From positions 1-63,487 of the forward strand of contig CAJQNK010000066.1 of the NCBI GenBank assembly GCA_905479655.1: 63,487 nucleotides of DNA. The letters run 5' to 3'. Origin of the DNA: an uncultured bacterium (GTDB lineage: Bacteria; Acidobacteriota; Thermoanaerobaculia; Multivoradales; JAHEKO01). Each line of letters opens with the position of its first letter. Position 1 is the stretch's first letter. Shown piece by piece: positions 11,898 through 20,410 of this stretch. The notes under the pieces were generated by a model. It did no database searches. It saw nothing but the letters and a program-made list of their open reading frames with translations, and had not been told where the DNA came from. The translations under genes were made by a program, and so were the position numbers.

Positions 11898-11926
11898 CAC
11901 GCGAAGACGCGAAGACGCGAAGAGAG
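11898..11926 (+). repeat. 8-bp tandem array (GAAGACGC)n, REP-like
   Basis: CACGC-GAAGACGC-GAAGACGC-GAAGAGAG; an inverted counterpart lies at 27703-27747. Confidence 0.7.
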
Positions 11927-11960
11927 GCCGTTAGCCGGGCTGGGCACCTGCGGGTACACT

Positions 11961-12012
11961 GAGATCCTTCTCGTGAACGAGATCCTCCTCGTGACGAGAT
12001 CCTCCTCGTGAC
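11961..12012 (+). repeat. 17-bp tandem repeat x3
   Basis: GAGATCCTTCTCGTGAAC, GAGATCCTCCTCGTGAC, GAGATCCTCCTCGTGAC. Confidence 0.85.
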
Positions 12013-12081
12013 CGGCTCCATTGTCCCATCTCGCGCCCAGGATCCGTCCCCGCCCGCGCCGTGTCGGAGGTCGGCGGGCGG

Positions 12082-13092
12082 ATGAGGGCGGTGATTCAGG
12101 AGAGGTACGGCTCTCCCGACGACCTGGTGGTCCGCGAGGTCGCCGAGCCGGAGGTCGGCGACGCGGAGGTGCTGGTGCGGGTCCGCGCGGCGTCGCTGCA
12201 TCCCGACGTCTGGCATGTCGTGACCGGTCGACCCGCCATCCTGCGACTGATGGGTGCCGGCCTCCTCCGCCCGAGGAACCCGATCCCCGGCACCGACATG
12301 GCGGGGGTCGTCGAGCGGGTCGGCACCGCCGTGACGACGTTCCGCCCGGGCGACGCGGTGTTCGGCGAGACGATCGCCTCCCAACAGTGGACGAACGGCG
12401 GTGCCTTCGCCGAGTACGTCGCTGTCCGCGCCGAGTGGCTCGCTCCGAAGCCCGAGGAGGTGTCGTTCGAGCAGGCGGCTTCCGTTCCCAGCTCCGGGTT
12501 CATCGCGTGGCTCAACCTGCGCGACGTCGGCCGGCTCCAGCCGGGCCGGAAGGTGCTCGTCAACGGCGCTGGTGGCGGTGTCGGCTCCCTGGCGGTCCAG
12601 ATCGTGAAGTCGCACGGCGCCCACGTGACGGCCGTGGATCGCGCCGGTAAGCTGGAGATGCTCCGCTCCCTGGGAGCCGACGAGGTGGTCGACTGCGAGC
12701 GTGAGGACTTCACCCTCCGGGGCCTTCGCTACGACCTCGTCTTCGACATCCCGGGCACCCGCCCCCTCTCGGAGCTCCGACGGGCGCTCGAGCCCGACGG
12801 CCGCTACGTGCCCATCGGGCACGAGGGCTTCGGAGCGTCCGGTCGGCGGCTCTTCGGGCTCATCCCGCACTTCCTGCGACTGATGCTGCTCTCCCGTTTC
12901 GTGAGGCCTCTCCAGAGCTCGGGCGTGCCCCCTCCGGGCAGGAAGGAGACCCTCGCCGGTCTGCGCGACCTCCTCGCGGCCGGGAGGATCACGCCGGTCA
13001 TCGACAGCGCCTACCCACTCGACGCGGTGCGCGAGGCTTTCCGACGGATGATCGGAGGCGAATCGCGGGGCAAGGTCGTCCTCACCGGGTGA
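12082..13092 (+). CDS. NAD(P)-dependent alcohol dehydrogenase / MDR quinone-oxidoreductase-like
   Basis: YGSPD, PGTDMAGVV, GAFAEY, NGAGGGVG and GKVV motifs; no Zn ligands. Alternative GTG start at 12061. Confidence 0.85.
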   Translation: MRAVIQERYGSPDDLVVREVAEPEVGDAEVLVRVRAASLHPDVWHVVTGRPAILRLMGAGLLRPRNPIPGTDMAGVVERVGTAVTTFRPGDAVFGETIASQQWTNGGAFAEYVAVRAEWLAPKPEEVSFEQAASVPSSGFIAWLNLRDVGRLQPGRKVLVNGAGGGVGSLAVQIVKSHGAHVTAVDRAGKLEMLRSLGADEVVDCEREDFTLRGLRYDLVFDIPGTRPLSELRRALEPDGRYVPIGHEGFGASGRRLFGLIPHFLRLMLLSRFVRPLQSSGVPPPGRKETLAGLRDLLAAGRITPVIDSAYPLDAVREAFRRMIGGESRGKVVLTG

Positions 13093-13224
13093 ACCGCCCG
13101 ACGAGGGGTCCGCCCGACTCGCTCCGGAGCTAGCCTGCCCTTCTCACCGGGTGTCGTCGCGACCTCGCAGTAGAGACCGGGTGAGAAGGTCAGGCTAGGA
13201 TCGAGACCGGACCGAGACCTTCCC

Positions 13225-13638
13225 ATGTCGACCCTGAGCGTCACCTTCCTCGCCCCCGGCCGTTGCCGTGTCGAGCACGTCGATTCGGGCGCCCTCGTGG
13301 CCACCGACCTGCCGCCGGAGTACGGCGGGGGCGGCCGTTCCTTCTCGTCGACGGATCTACTGGCCGCCGCCCTCGGCTCGTGTATCGCCACCAGTGTCGA
13401 GGCCGTCGCCGCCCGCCACGGAGTCGGCAGCGGGGAGATCGGCGTCACGGTGGAGAAGACCCTGGCCGAGCGGCCGAGACGCGTCGCGCGGCTGGCGGTC
13501 CGCGTCCTCCTGCCGGTCGAGCCCGACGACAAGCTGCGCACCAAGCTCGAGCGGGCGATTGGGCTCTGCCCCGTGCACCGGAGTCTCGCGGAGGAGGTCG
13601 CGGTGACGGTGGAGCTCGTGGCCCAGGTCCCGCCGTAG
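13225..13638 (+). CDS. OsmC family protein
   Basis: TDLP..YGG.G..FS.TDLL.AALGSC and CPVHRSL motifs. Confidence 0.88.
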   Translation: MSTLSVTFLAPGRCRVEHVDSGALVATDLPPEYGGGGRSFSSTDLLAAALGSCIATSVEAVAARHGVGSGEIGVTVEKTLAERPRRVARLAVRVLLPVEPDDKLRTKLERAIGLCPVHRSLAEEVAVTVELVAQVPP

Positions 13639-13758
13639 CCGGCGGGAGGGGTGTAGCGGAGCCGACTCCCCGGAGTGTCGTCCTTCTCATCCCATCTCAG
13701 AACGACACCACTCGGCGGGGTCCCCTTCAGCTGTCGTCCCCTCTCGCTCCGGCCCCCG

Positions 13759-16602
13759 TCAACCCTGTCCCGGCAGCCTCCGGTCGTCCTCGCGGTCGGG
13801 CTCGCCGACGCGCTCGAGGATCGCTGCCCGGACCGCGTCGCGCAGCTCGACGGCGGCGGCGAGGTCGTCGCCCCCAGGCTCGACGGGTGGAGCGATCACG
13901 ACCCGCACCGGGCCCGGAAGTGGTCGCCACCGGTTCGCCGGGAGGATGGCGCGCGTGCCGAGGATGGCCGCCGGCACGACGGCGACGCCGGCGCGAGCGG
14001 CGAGCAGGAACGCCCCCAGGCGGAAACCCATGAGGCCGGGCTGCCGGCGGAACGTGCCCTCGGGGAAGAACACCAGGGAGTCACCGCCGGCCAGGGTGTC
14101 GCCGGCCACGTCCGCGTCGGCCACCGCCTCGCGGGTCGCGAAGCGCTCCACGAAGACGACCCCCAGCCGGGCCAGGGGCCACCGGGCCAGGGGGTTCGCC
14201 ACCAGCTCCCTCTTCGCCACGAAGGCGAAGCGGGGGGGCAGCGCCGCGGTGAGCGCGAAGGCGTCGAGGTAGGAGGAGTGGTTGGCGGCGACGATCACCG
14301 GCCGACTCCCGAGCAGGTTCGCCGTCCCCTCGACCTCGAAGCGGGTGCCGGTCAGGCGGGCGAGCCAGCGGGCGGCCCCGCGGCCGAGGAGCCGTCTCGA
14401 TCGCCGGGTCGGGAGCAGGACGACGCCGAGCCACACGGGGACGGCCAGGAGCGCGAAGACGAGCCACGCCCAGCCGGCGAACGCCAGGTCTCCCGCCGCT
14501 CGCAGCCGGGCTGCCAGCCAGCCCCGGGCCGAGGTCAGGCCCAGGCCGGCGAGCTGCAGCCACAACGCCCGGGGTTTGCGGCCGATCTCTCCCGACTCGT
14601 AGAGCTGGCGGGCCGAGGAGCGACGGATCTTGCCGCTGGAGGTCTTGGGGACCGTCTGGGGCGGCGCGAGCACCACCTCGTCCGCCGGGCTCCCCAGGCG
14701 GTCGACGGCGACGCGCTGGATCCGGTCGTCGATCTCGCGCCTCTCCTCGGGGTCCTCGGAGCGGGTCTCCGCCAGGACGACGAGGCGCTCGGTGCCCGAC
14801 TCCGGGTCCGTCGAGCCGAACACGGCCACGCAGCCCCGGCGCACCCCGGGCACCAGGCCGACCGCCTCCTCCAGCTCCTGGGGGTAGAGGTTGCGCCCCG
14901 CGCGGATGATGAGGTCCTTGGCCCGGCCGGTGACGAAGAGCTCGCCGCGCTGAAGGAAGCCCAGGTCGCCGGAGTCGCGCCACTCGCCGTGAACCAGGTC
15001 GGCCGTCGCCTCGGGGTTGTGGAAGTAGCCGGCGGTGGCCGACGGGCCGCGGAAGCGGATCCGTCCCTCGCGGCTCTCGCCCAGATCCCGGCCCGACGGA
15101 TCGAAGATGCGGACCTCGTGGTTGGGGATGGCGTAGCCGCAACCGACGAAGCGCAGGGGATCCTCGTCCTCCTCGGCGGCCTCCACGGCGCGGCCGTGGC
15201 GGCTGAAGGCCTCGCGGTCGAGGCGGGCGATCACCGGCCCGCGGTCGAGGGGCGGGAAGGCGACGCCCAGCGAGTTCTCGGCCAGGCCGTAGACCGGGAA
15301 GACGGAGGTGGCGCGGAACCCCCGGGGCGCGAACCGCTCGGCGAAGCGCCGCACGGTCTCGGGGCTCACCGGCTCCGCGCCGTTGAGGGCCAGCCGCCAG
15401 GCGGAGAGGTCCAGACCCTCGACCTCTTCGTCGGTCACCTTCTTCATGCACAGCTCGTAGGCGAAGTTGGGGGCGGCGGAGATCGTGCCACGGTGGTGGT
15501 GCAGGGCCTCGAGCCAACGGATGGGTCGGGCGAGGAAGGTCAGGGGGGACATGAGCACCAGCCGCATGGCGAAGGCCAGCGAGCCCATCCAGGCTCCGAT
15601 CAGGCCCATGTCGTGGTAGAGCGGTAGCCAGCTCACCATCGTGTCCCGGTCCGTCACCCGGGCGGCCTGGCCCATGGCGCGGAGATTCGCCAGGAGGTTG
15701 CGATGGGTGAGCATGACCCCCTTGGGCTGCCCCGTGCTGCCGGAGGTGAACTGCAGGAAGGCGAGGTCGTCGGGTCGGACCCGCGGCAGCTCGGCGACGC
15801 TCCCCGAGCCCTCGAGGTCCTCCACGGTGACGGTGTGGCGCAGCGTCGGCACCTGGGCGGAGAGCAGCCGGGCCAGGGGCCGGATCTCCGGGGAGACGAT
15901 CATCGCCCGCACCTCGGCGGTGGAGAGGATCCCCGCCTGCCGGCGCAGGTGGTCCTCCACCTGGCTCCGACGCACGGGGGGGTAGAGGGGCACGGGCGTG
16001 CCGCCGGCGAACAGGACGCCGGCGAAGGCGGCGAAGTACTCGAGGGCCGTGGGGAGCATGAGCCCCACGGTCTGCCCGGGCTCGAGGCCGTCCTCGACGA
16101 GCGCCCTGCCCACGGCTCCGGCGCGGGTCGCGAGCTCCCCGTAGGTGAAGGCGACGGGCTCCCCTTCCTCGGGCAGGAAGAGGATGTGGCGGCGATCCGG
16201 GTGGCGTCGGCCGTGGGCCTCGACGAGCTCCACCAGGGTGTCCGCCTCGTCGAGGGGCGAGCCGTCGAAGCCGCTCGCCACGACGTCCTCCCCCTCCGCG
16301 GGCCGCGCGACCCGGGCGGGCGTCGCAGCCTCGGGGTCGGAGCCGGGCTCGCCGCGGGCCCGCTCGACGACCGCGGCGAGCTCCCGTGGGGTGGCGGCGG
16401 CCATGATCCCCGCCTCCGAGAGGCGCACTCCGAAGGCGCTCTCCAGCCTGGTGAGGAGCTCCGTGCGCGCCAGGCTGTCCAGGCCCAGCTCCCGCTCGAG
16501 GTCGTCGTCCGGTCGCACCGGCCGTCGGCCGCGTCGCGGATGAAGCTCGGCCGCCAGCTGGACGAGGACCTCGAGGAGACGTCGCGTTGTCTCGTCGTCC
16601 AT
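13759..16602 (-). CDS. ACP + fatty acyl-AMP ligase + PlsC-type acyltransferase fusion
   Basis: LGLDSL phosphopantetheine site; LQFTSGSTGQPKG, SWLPLYHDMGLIG, YGLAE and PKTSSGK; NHSSYLD and FPEGT acyltransferase motifs; ATG at 16602 (MDDETT). Confidence 0.9.
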   Translation of the reverse strand: MDDETTRRLLEVLVQLAAELHPRRGRRPVRPDDDLERELGLDSLARTELLTRLESAFGVRLSEAGIMAAATPRELAAVVERARGEPGSDPEAATPARVARPAEGEDVVASGFDGSPLDEADTLVELVEAHGRRHPDRRHILFLPEEGEPVAFTYGELATRAGAVGRALVEDGLEPGQTVGLMLPTALEYFAAFAGVLFAGGTPVPLYPPVRRSQVEDHLRRQAGILSTAEVRAMIVSPEIRPLARLLSAQVPTLRHTVTVEDLEGSGSVAELPRVRPDDLAFLQFTSGSTGQPKGVMLTHRNLLANLRAMGQAARVTDRDTMVSWLPLYHDMGLIGAWMGSLAFAMRLVLMSPLTFLARPIRWLEALHHHRGTISAAPNFAYELCMKKVTDEEVEGLDLSAWRLALNGAEPVSPETVRRFAERFAPRGFRATSVFPVYGLAENSLGVAFPPLDRGPVIARLDREAFSRHGRAVEAAEEDEDPLRFVGCGYAIPNHEVRIFDPSGRDLGESREGRIRFRGPSATAGYFHNPEATADLVHGEWRDSGDLGFLQRGELFVTGRAKDLIIRAGRNLYPQELEEAVGLVPGVRRGCVAVFGSTDPESGTERLVVLAETRSEDPEERREIDDRIQRVAVDRLGSPADEVVLAPPQTVPKTSSGKIRRSSARQLYESGEIGRKPRALWLQLAGLGLTSARGWLAARLRAAGDLAFAGWAWLVFALLAVPVWLGVVLLPTRRSRRLLGRGAARWLARLTGTRFEVEGTANLLGSRPVIVAANHSSYLDAFALTAALPPRFAFVAKRELVANPLARWPLARLGVVFVERFATREAVADADVAGDTLAGGDSLVFFPEGTFRRQPGLMGFRLGAFLLAARAGVAVVPAAILGTRAILPANRWRPLPGPVRVVIAPPVEPGGDDLAAAVELRDAVRAAILERVGEPDREDDRRLPGQG

Positions 16603-16619
16603 CCCGGGTCCCCGATCCC

Positions 16620-17936
16620 TCACCCAGCCACCTTGCGCACCAGCTCCTCGATGACTCCCGGCTCGACCTCCTCGAGCTCGTACCCGACGTTCACGATCGG
16701 CTTGTTGACCTTCAGGATCCGGGACAGGTCGATGGGCGTGCCTTCGACGACCACGTCCGCCGGGGTGGCGTTGATGGTGGCCTCGAGCTCCCGCACCTGG
16801 GCCTCGCCGTAGCCCATGGCGGGGAGGATCTTGCGGGCGTTCGGGTACTTCTCGAAGGTGTCGGCGATGGTGCCCACGGCGTACGGCACCGCGTTCACGA
16901 TCTCGGCCGCGCCGGCGTCCCGCGCCGCGAACCAGCCCGCTCCGACGTCCATGCCGCCGTGGGTCAGCGTCGGCCCGTCCTCGACGACCAGCGCTCTCTT
17001 CCCCTTCACCTTCTCCGGTTCGTCGACGGTGATCCTGGACCGGCAACGGATGACCCGGGCCGTGGGATTCGCCGCGCGACAGGCCGCCTCGACCCGCTCG
17101 ACGTTGGCGGGGTCCGCGGTGTCGACCTTGTTGACGATCAGCAGGTCCGACATCCGCAGATTGCTCTCGCCCGGGTAGTAGGTCGTCTCGTGGCCCGGCC
17201 GGTGCGGGTCGACCAGGGTGATGTGGAGGTCGGGTCGGTAGAACGGCGTGTCGTTGTTGCCGCCGTCCCACAGGATGACCTCGGCCTCCTTCTCGGCGGC
17301 GGTGAGGATCTGCGCGTAGTCGACACCCGCGTACACGACGAAGCCGTTGTCGATGTGGGGCTCGTACTCCTCGCGCTCCTCGATGGTGCACTCGTGGCGG
17401 TCGAGGTCGCCGTAGTCGGCGAATCGCTGGCAGACCTGCCGCGACAGGTCGCCGTAGGGCATGGGATGGCGCACCGCGACCACCTTCTTGCCCATCTCCC
17501 GCAGGATGCGCGAGACGAAGCGGGTGGTCTGGGACTTGCCGACCCCCGTGCGCACCGCCGTGATGGCGATGACGGGCTTCGCCGAGGGCAGCATGGTGCG
17601 GGTGGCGGAGCACACGCCGAAGTTGGCGCCCCAGGAGATCACGCGGCTCGCCATGTGCATCACGTACTCGTGGGGAACGTCCGAGTACGAGAACCAGACC
17701 TCGTCGATCCGCCGCTGGCGCACCAGCGACTCCAGCTCCTCCTCCGGAACGATCGGGATGCCGGCGGGGTAGAGCTCGCCGGCGAGCTCCGGCGGGTACG
17801 TGCGGCCCTCGATGTCGGGGATCTGGGTCGCCGTGAAGGCCACCACGCGGTACCGGTCGTCCTCGCGGTAGAGGCAGTTGAAGTTGTGGAAGTCCCTCCC
17901 CGCGGCCCCCATGATCACTACTTTGCGTCGCTCCAT
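16620..17936 (-). CDS. ArcE-like arginine synthetase / cyclic 2,3-diphosphoglycerate synthetase family (COG2403) P-loop enzyme
   Basis: GAAGRDFHNFN, FTATQIPDIEGR.YP.ELAG, AVRTGVGKSQT, RHPMPYGDL, WDGGNND and EDGPTLTHG motifs. Confidence 0.8.
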   Translation of the reverse strand: MERRKVVIMGAAGRDFHNFNCLYREDDRYRVVAFTATQIPDIEGRTYPPELAGELYPAGIPIVPEEELESLVRQRRIDEVWFSYSDVPHEYVMHMASRVISWGANFGVCSATRTMLPSAKPVIAITAVRTGVGKSQTTRFVSRILREMGKKVVAVRHPMPYGDLSRQVCQRFADYGDLDRHECTIEEREEYEPHIDNGFVVYAGVDYAQILTAAEKEAEVILWDGGNNDTPFYRPDLHITLVDPHRPGHETTYYPGESNLRMSDLLIVNKVDTADPANVERVEAACRAANPTARVIRCRSRITVDEPEKVKGKRALVVEDGPTLTHGGMDVGAGWFAARDAGAAEIVNAVPYAVGTIADTFEKYPNARKILPAMGYGEAQVRELEATINATPADVVVEGTPIDLSRILKVNKPIVNVGYELEEVEPGVIEELVRKVAG

Positions 17937-18259
17937 TCGCTGGTTCTCCTATCGGCTGTCGTCTCCCTGGATTATTGCAGGTGCAGCGGGGGCGCGTCGG
18001 GATCGTTGTCGTGCTACAATGTCGCTCCTGTGAAGTCGAGCACCCCTCCCACCGGCACCGGTCTTTCGACCGGATATCTGTCTTGAGCCGGGTCCCCGTC
18101 GGCCCCATGCGACTGCAGTGAGTGCGCTTCGCGGCGCCGCCGTGGCCTCCGTGTGTCGAGCCCGTCCCGTGACGGCCTCGGACAGGGGTCGTTGCGCCCT
18201 CGAGACCGGCTCCCGGGAGGGGAGCTTCGTTCCGACCACCGCTTGAAAGGAGTAGGAAG

Positions 18260-18793
18260 ATCGCCAGGCAGCAGGGAACCCCACAGCCCCGCGTCAACCA
18301 TCAGATCCGGAAGAGTCCGGTGCGCCTCATCGGTTCCGATGGCGCCCAGCTCGGGATCGTCAAGATCGAGGACGCGCGCCGTCAGGCCGAGGAGGTCGGG
18401 CTCGACCTCGTGGAGGTCGGCGCCAGCGCCGATCCGCCCGTCGTCAGGATCCTCGACTGGGGCAAGCTGAAGTACGAGAAGGAGAAGCGGGCGCGGGAGG
18501 CGAAGAAGAAGGCCCACGTCATCGAGGTCAAGGAGGTCAAGTACCGTCCGGGGATCGACACCCACGACTTCGAGCTCAAGACCAAGAGGGCCATCCGCTT
18601 CCTGAAGGAGGGGAAGAAGGTGAAGATCACCATCTTCTTCCGCTACCGGCAGCTCCGGCGCCCCGAGAACGGGGTCGAGATCCTCGACAAGGTCCTGGAG
18701 GAGGTCGGCGAGCTCGCGAAGGTCGAGTCGCGGAGTCGCCTCGAGGGTCGGAGGATGATCATGATCCTCGACCCGGTGGCGGACCCGGTCTAG
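18260..18793 (+). CDS. infC: Translation initiation factor IF-3, probable non-canonical ATC start
   Basis: RVNHQIR..VRLI, GLDLVEV, PPVVRILDWGKLKYE and KEVKYRPGID.HD motifs; SD AAGGAG 7 nt before an in-frame ATC at 18260. Confidence 0.9.
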   Translation: MARQQGTPQPRVNHQIRKSPVRLIGSDGAQLGIVKIEDARRQAEEVGLDLVEVGASADPPVVRILDWGKLKYEKEKRAREAKKKAHVIEVKEVKYRPGIDTHDFELKTKRAIRFLKEGKKVKITIFFRYRQLRRPENGVEILDKVLEEVGELAKVESRSRLEGRRMIMILDPVADPV

Positions 18794-18955
18794 CAGCCCG
18801 TGGTGAAAGGCGAGACACGCTACGAGCGGCCCTCTTCTCCGGACTCTTCGTTGGGAATCTTCCCCGATTCACCGAATCGAGTGCGGATTCCCGCCTTGAT
18901 TCCGAAGAAGATTGCGCGCTCTCGCTCGCGCCCGGCTTCCACCACGGGCTGCTAG
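18790..18955. mobile_element. MITE-like element, complete copy (158 bp plus a flanking CTAG on each side)
   Basis: Ends CTAG-CAGCCCGTGGTGAAAG and CTTCCACCACGGGCTG-CTAG (19/20 inverted match); no convincing gene inside; near-identical to 1-147; the left CTAG contains the infC stop. Confidence 0.88.
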
Positions 18956-19075
18956 CCCAGGCGTTGCGGCGCGCGCAGCGGTGCGTCGCGGCGACGACCG
19001 TGCGGGCCGACCGGAGGCGCGGGTCCGGGGTCCTTCGACTGCGCGCCTCCGGCGCTCCGCTCAAGACGACACGAA

Positions 19076-20410
19076 TCAGAGGTCCAGCTTCCGGTGGCGG
19101 AAGCTCCGCTTGCCCAACCCGTAGTCGCCGGCGCCCTGGCCCTGGCCGCGGAGCAGCCAGCGGGTCGTGAGCAGGCCCTCCACGCCGACCGGGCCGCGGG
19201 CGTGGATGCGGCCCGTGGAGATCCCCACCTCGGCTCCCAGGCCGTAGCGGTAGCCGTCCGCGAAGCGGGTCGAGGCGTTGTGGAAGACGGAGGCCGCGTC
19301 GACGGCGGCGAGGAACCGCTCGGCGGCCTCGGCGTCGTCCGTCACGATCGCCTCGGTGTGGGAGCTGCCGTGGCGGTGGATGTGGTCGACGGCCTCGTCG
19401 AGCGATGCCACGACGCGCACGGCCAGGGTCAGGTCGCCGTACTCGGCCCGCCAGTCGTCCTCGGTAGCCGGGGAGGACTCCGGGAGGACCTCCCGAGCCT
19501 CCTCGTCGGCGCGCAGCTCGACGCCGGCCCGGGTCAGGGCCCGCCCCACCGCGGGCAGGCGGTCGAGGAAGGCGCGGTGGACCAGCAGGGTCTCGGTTGC
19601 GTTGCAGGCGGAGGGGTAGTCCGTCTTGCCGTCGACGGCCAGGCGCGCGGCCATGGTCGGGTCGGCCGCGGCGTCCAGGTAGAGGTGGCACACTCCCTCG
19701 GCGTGGCCGAGCACCGGGATGCGGGTCGACGACTGGATCGCCCGCACGAGCTCGCCCGAGCCGCGGGGGATGACCAGGTCGACCTGCCGATCCAGCTCCA
19801 GTAGCTCGGCGACGGCCTCCCGTCCCTCGACGCCCTGCACCGCGTCGGCGTCGAGCCCGCAGGTCGTCAGTGCGTCGCGCACCGTCGCCACCAGGGCGCG
19901 GTTGGAGTGCAGCGCCTCGGAGCCGCCCTTGAGCAGGACGGCGTTGCCCGAGCGCAGCGCCAGGGCGCCGATCTGGACCACCACGTCGGGGCGGCTCTCG
20001 AAGATGATGAGCAGCACGCCGAGCGGGCTCGTCACCCGCTCGAGGATCAGCCCGTCGTCGAGCTCGGTGCGCAGTGTCGGCCGGCCGACCGGATCGTCGC
20101 TGGCGGCCAGGGCGTCGACGCCCTCGCGCAGCGTCGCGATCTTGCCCGGGGTCAGGGCCAGGCGGCCGAGCAGCGGGCCGGCCAGCCCCTCCCGCTCGGC
20201 AATCTCGAGGTCGCGGCGATTGGCGGCGAGGAGGTCCTCCTGCCGTTCCGCCAACAGCCGCGAGAGCCGCCGCAGGACGTCCGAGCGCCGCTCGGCGGAG
20301 GCGCCGCCGAGTCGCCGTTGGGCGGCGCGCGCGGCGACCGCGCGCGACCTCGCGTCGGGGGCCTTCGCGTCGGGGGCTTGCGGGTCGGTGCTGGCTTCTC
20401 TCATCGGCAT
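19076..20410 (-). CDS. proA: Gamma-glutamyl phosphate reductase
   Basis: PLGVLLIIFESRP, LKGGSEA, IPRG, CNATETLLVH, NASTRFADG and GAEVGIST.RIHARGPVG motifs. Confidence 0.95.
   Translation of the reverse strand: MPMREASTDPQAPDAKAPDARSRAVAARAAQRRLGGASAERRSDVLRRLSRLLAERQEDLLAANRRDLEIAEREGLAGPLLGRLALTPGKIATLREGVDALAASDDPVGRPTLRTELDDGLILERVTSPLGVLLIIFESRPDVVVQIGALALRSGNAVLLKGGSEALHSNRALVATVRDALTTCGLDADAVQGVEGREAVAELLELDRQVDLVIPRGSGELVRAIQSSTRIPVLGHAEGVCHLYLDAAADPTMAARLAVDGKTDYPSACNATETLLVHRAFLDRLPAVGRALTRAGVELRADEEAREVLPESSPATEDDWRAEYGDLTLAVRVVASLDEAVDHIHRHGSSHTEAIVTDDAEAAERFLAAVDAASVFHNASTRFADGYRYGLGAEVGISTGRIHARGPVGVEGLLTTRWLLRGQGQGAGDYGLGKRSFRHRKLDL

Noticed and set aside
11961-12012. Possible mini-CRISPR
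   Set aside because: The 17-bp units are contiguous with no spacers, and there are no cas genes.
17937-18246. Structured ncRNA in the arcE-like/infC divergent intergenic region
   Set aside because: Only short GC-rich stems expected by chance; I could not recognise a family without a covariance-model search.
13759-18297. 1512-aa ORF
   Set aside because: The first 565 codons are an alternative frame over the ArcE-like gene and the intergenic DNA upstream of it; recognisable domains begin at 16602.
18790-18955. Repeat interpreted as a tRNA, riboswitch or infC-specific RNA
   Set aside because: No cloverleaf or known aptamer is visible; terminal inverted repeats, the CTAG flanks and a second copy at an unrelated gene fit a MITE better.
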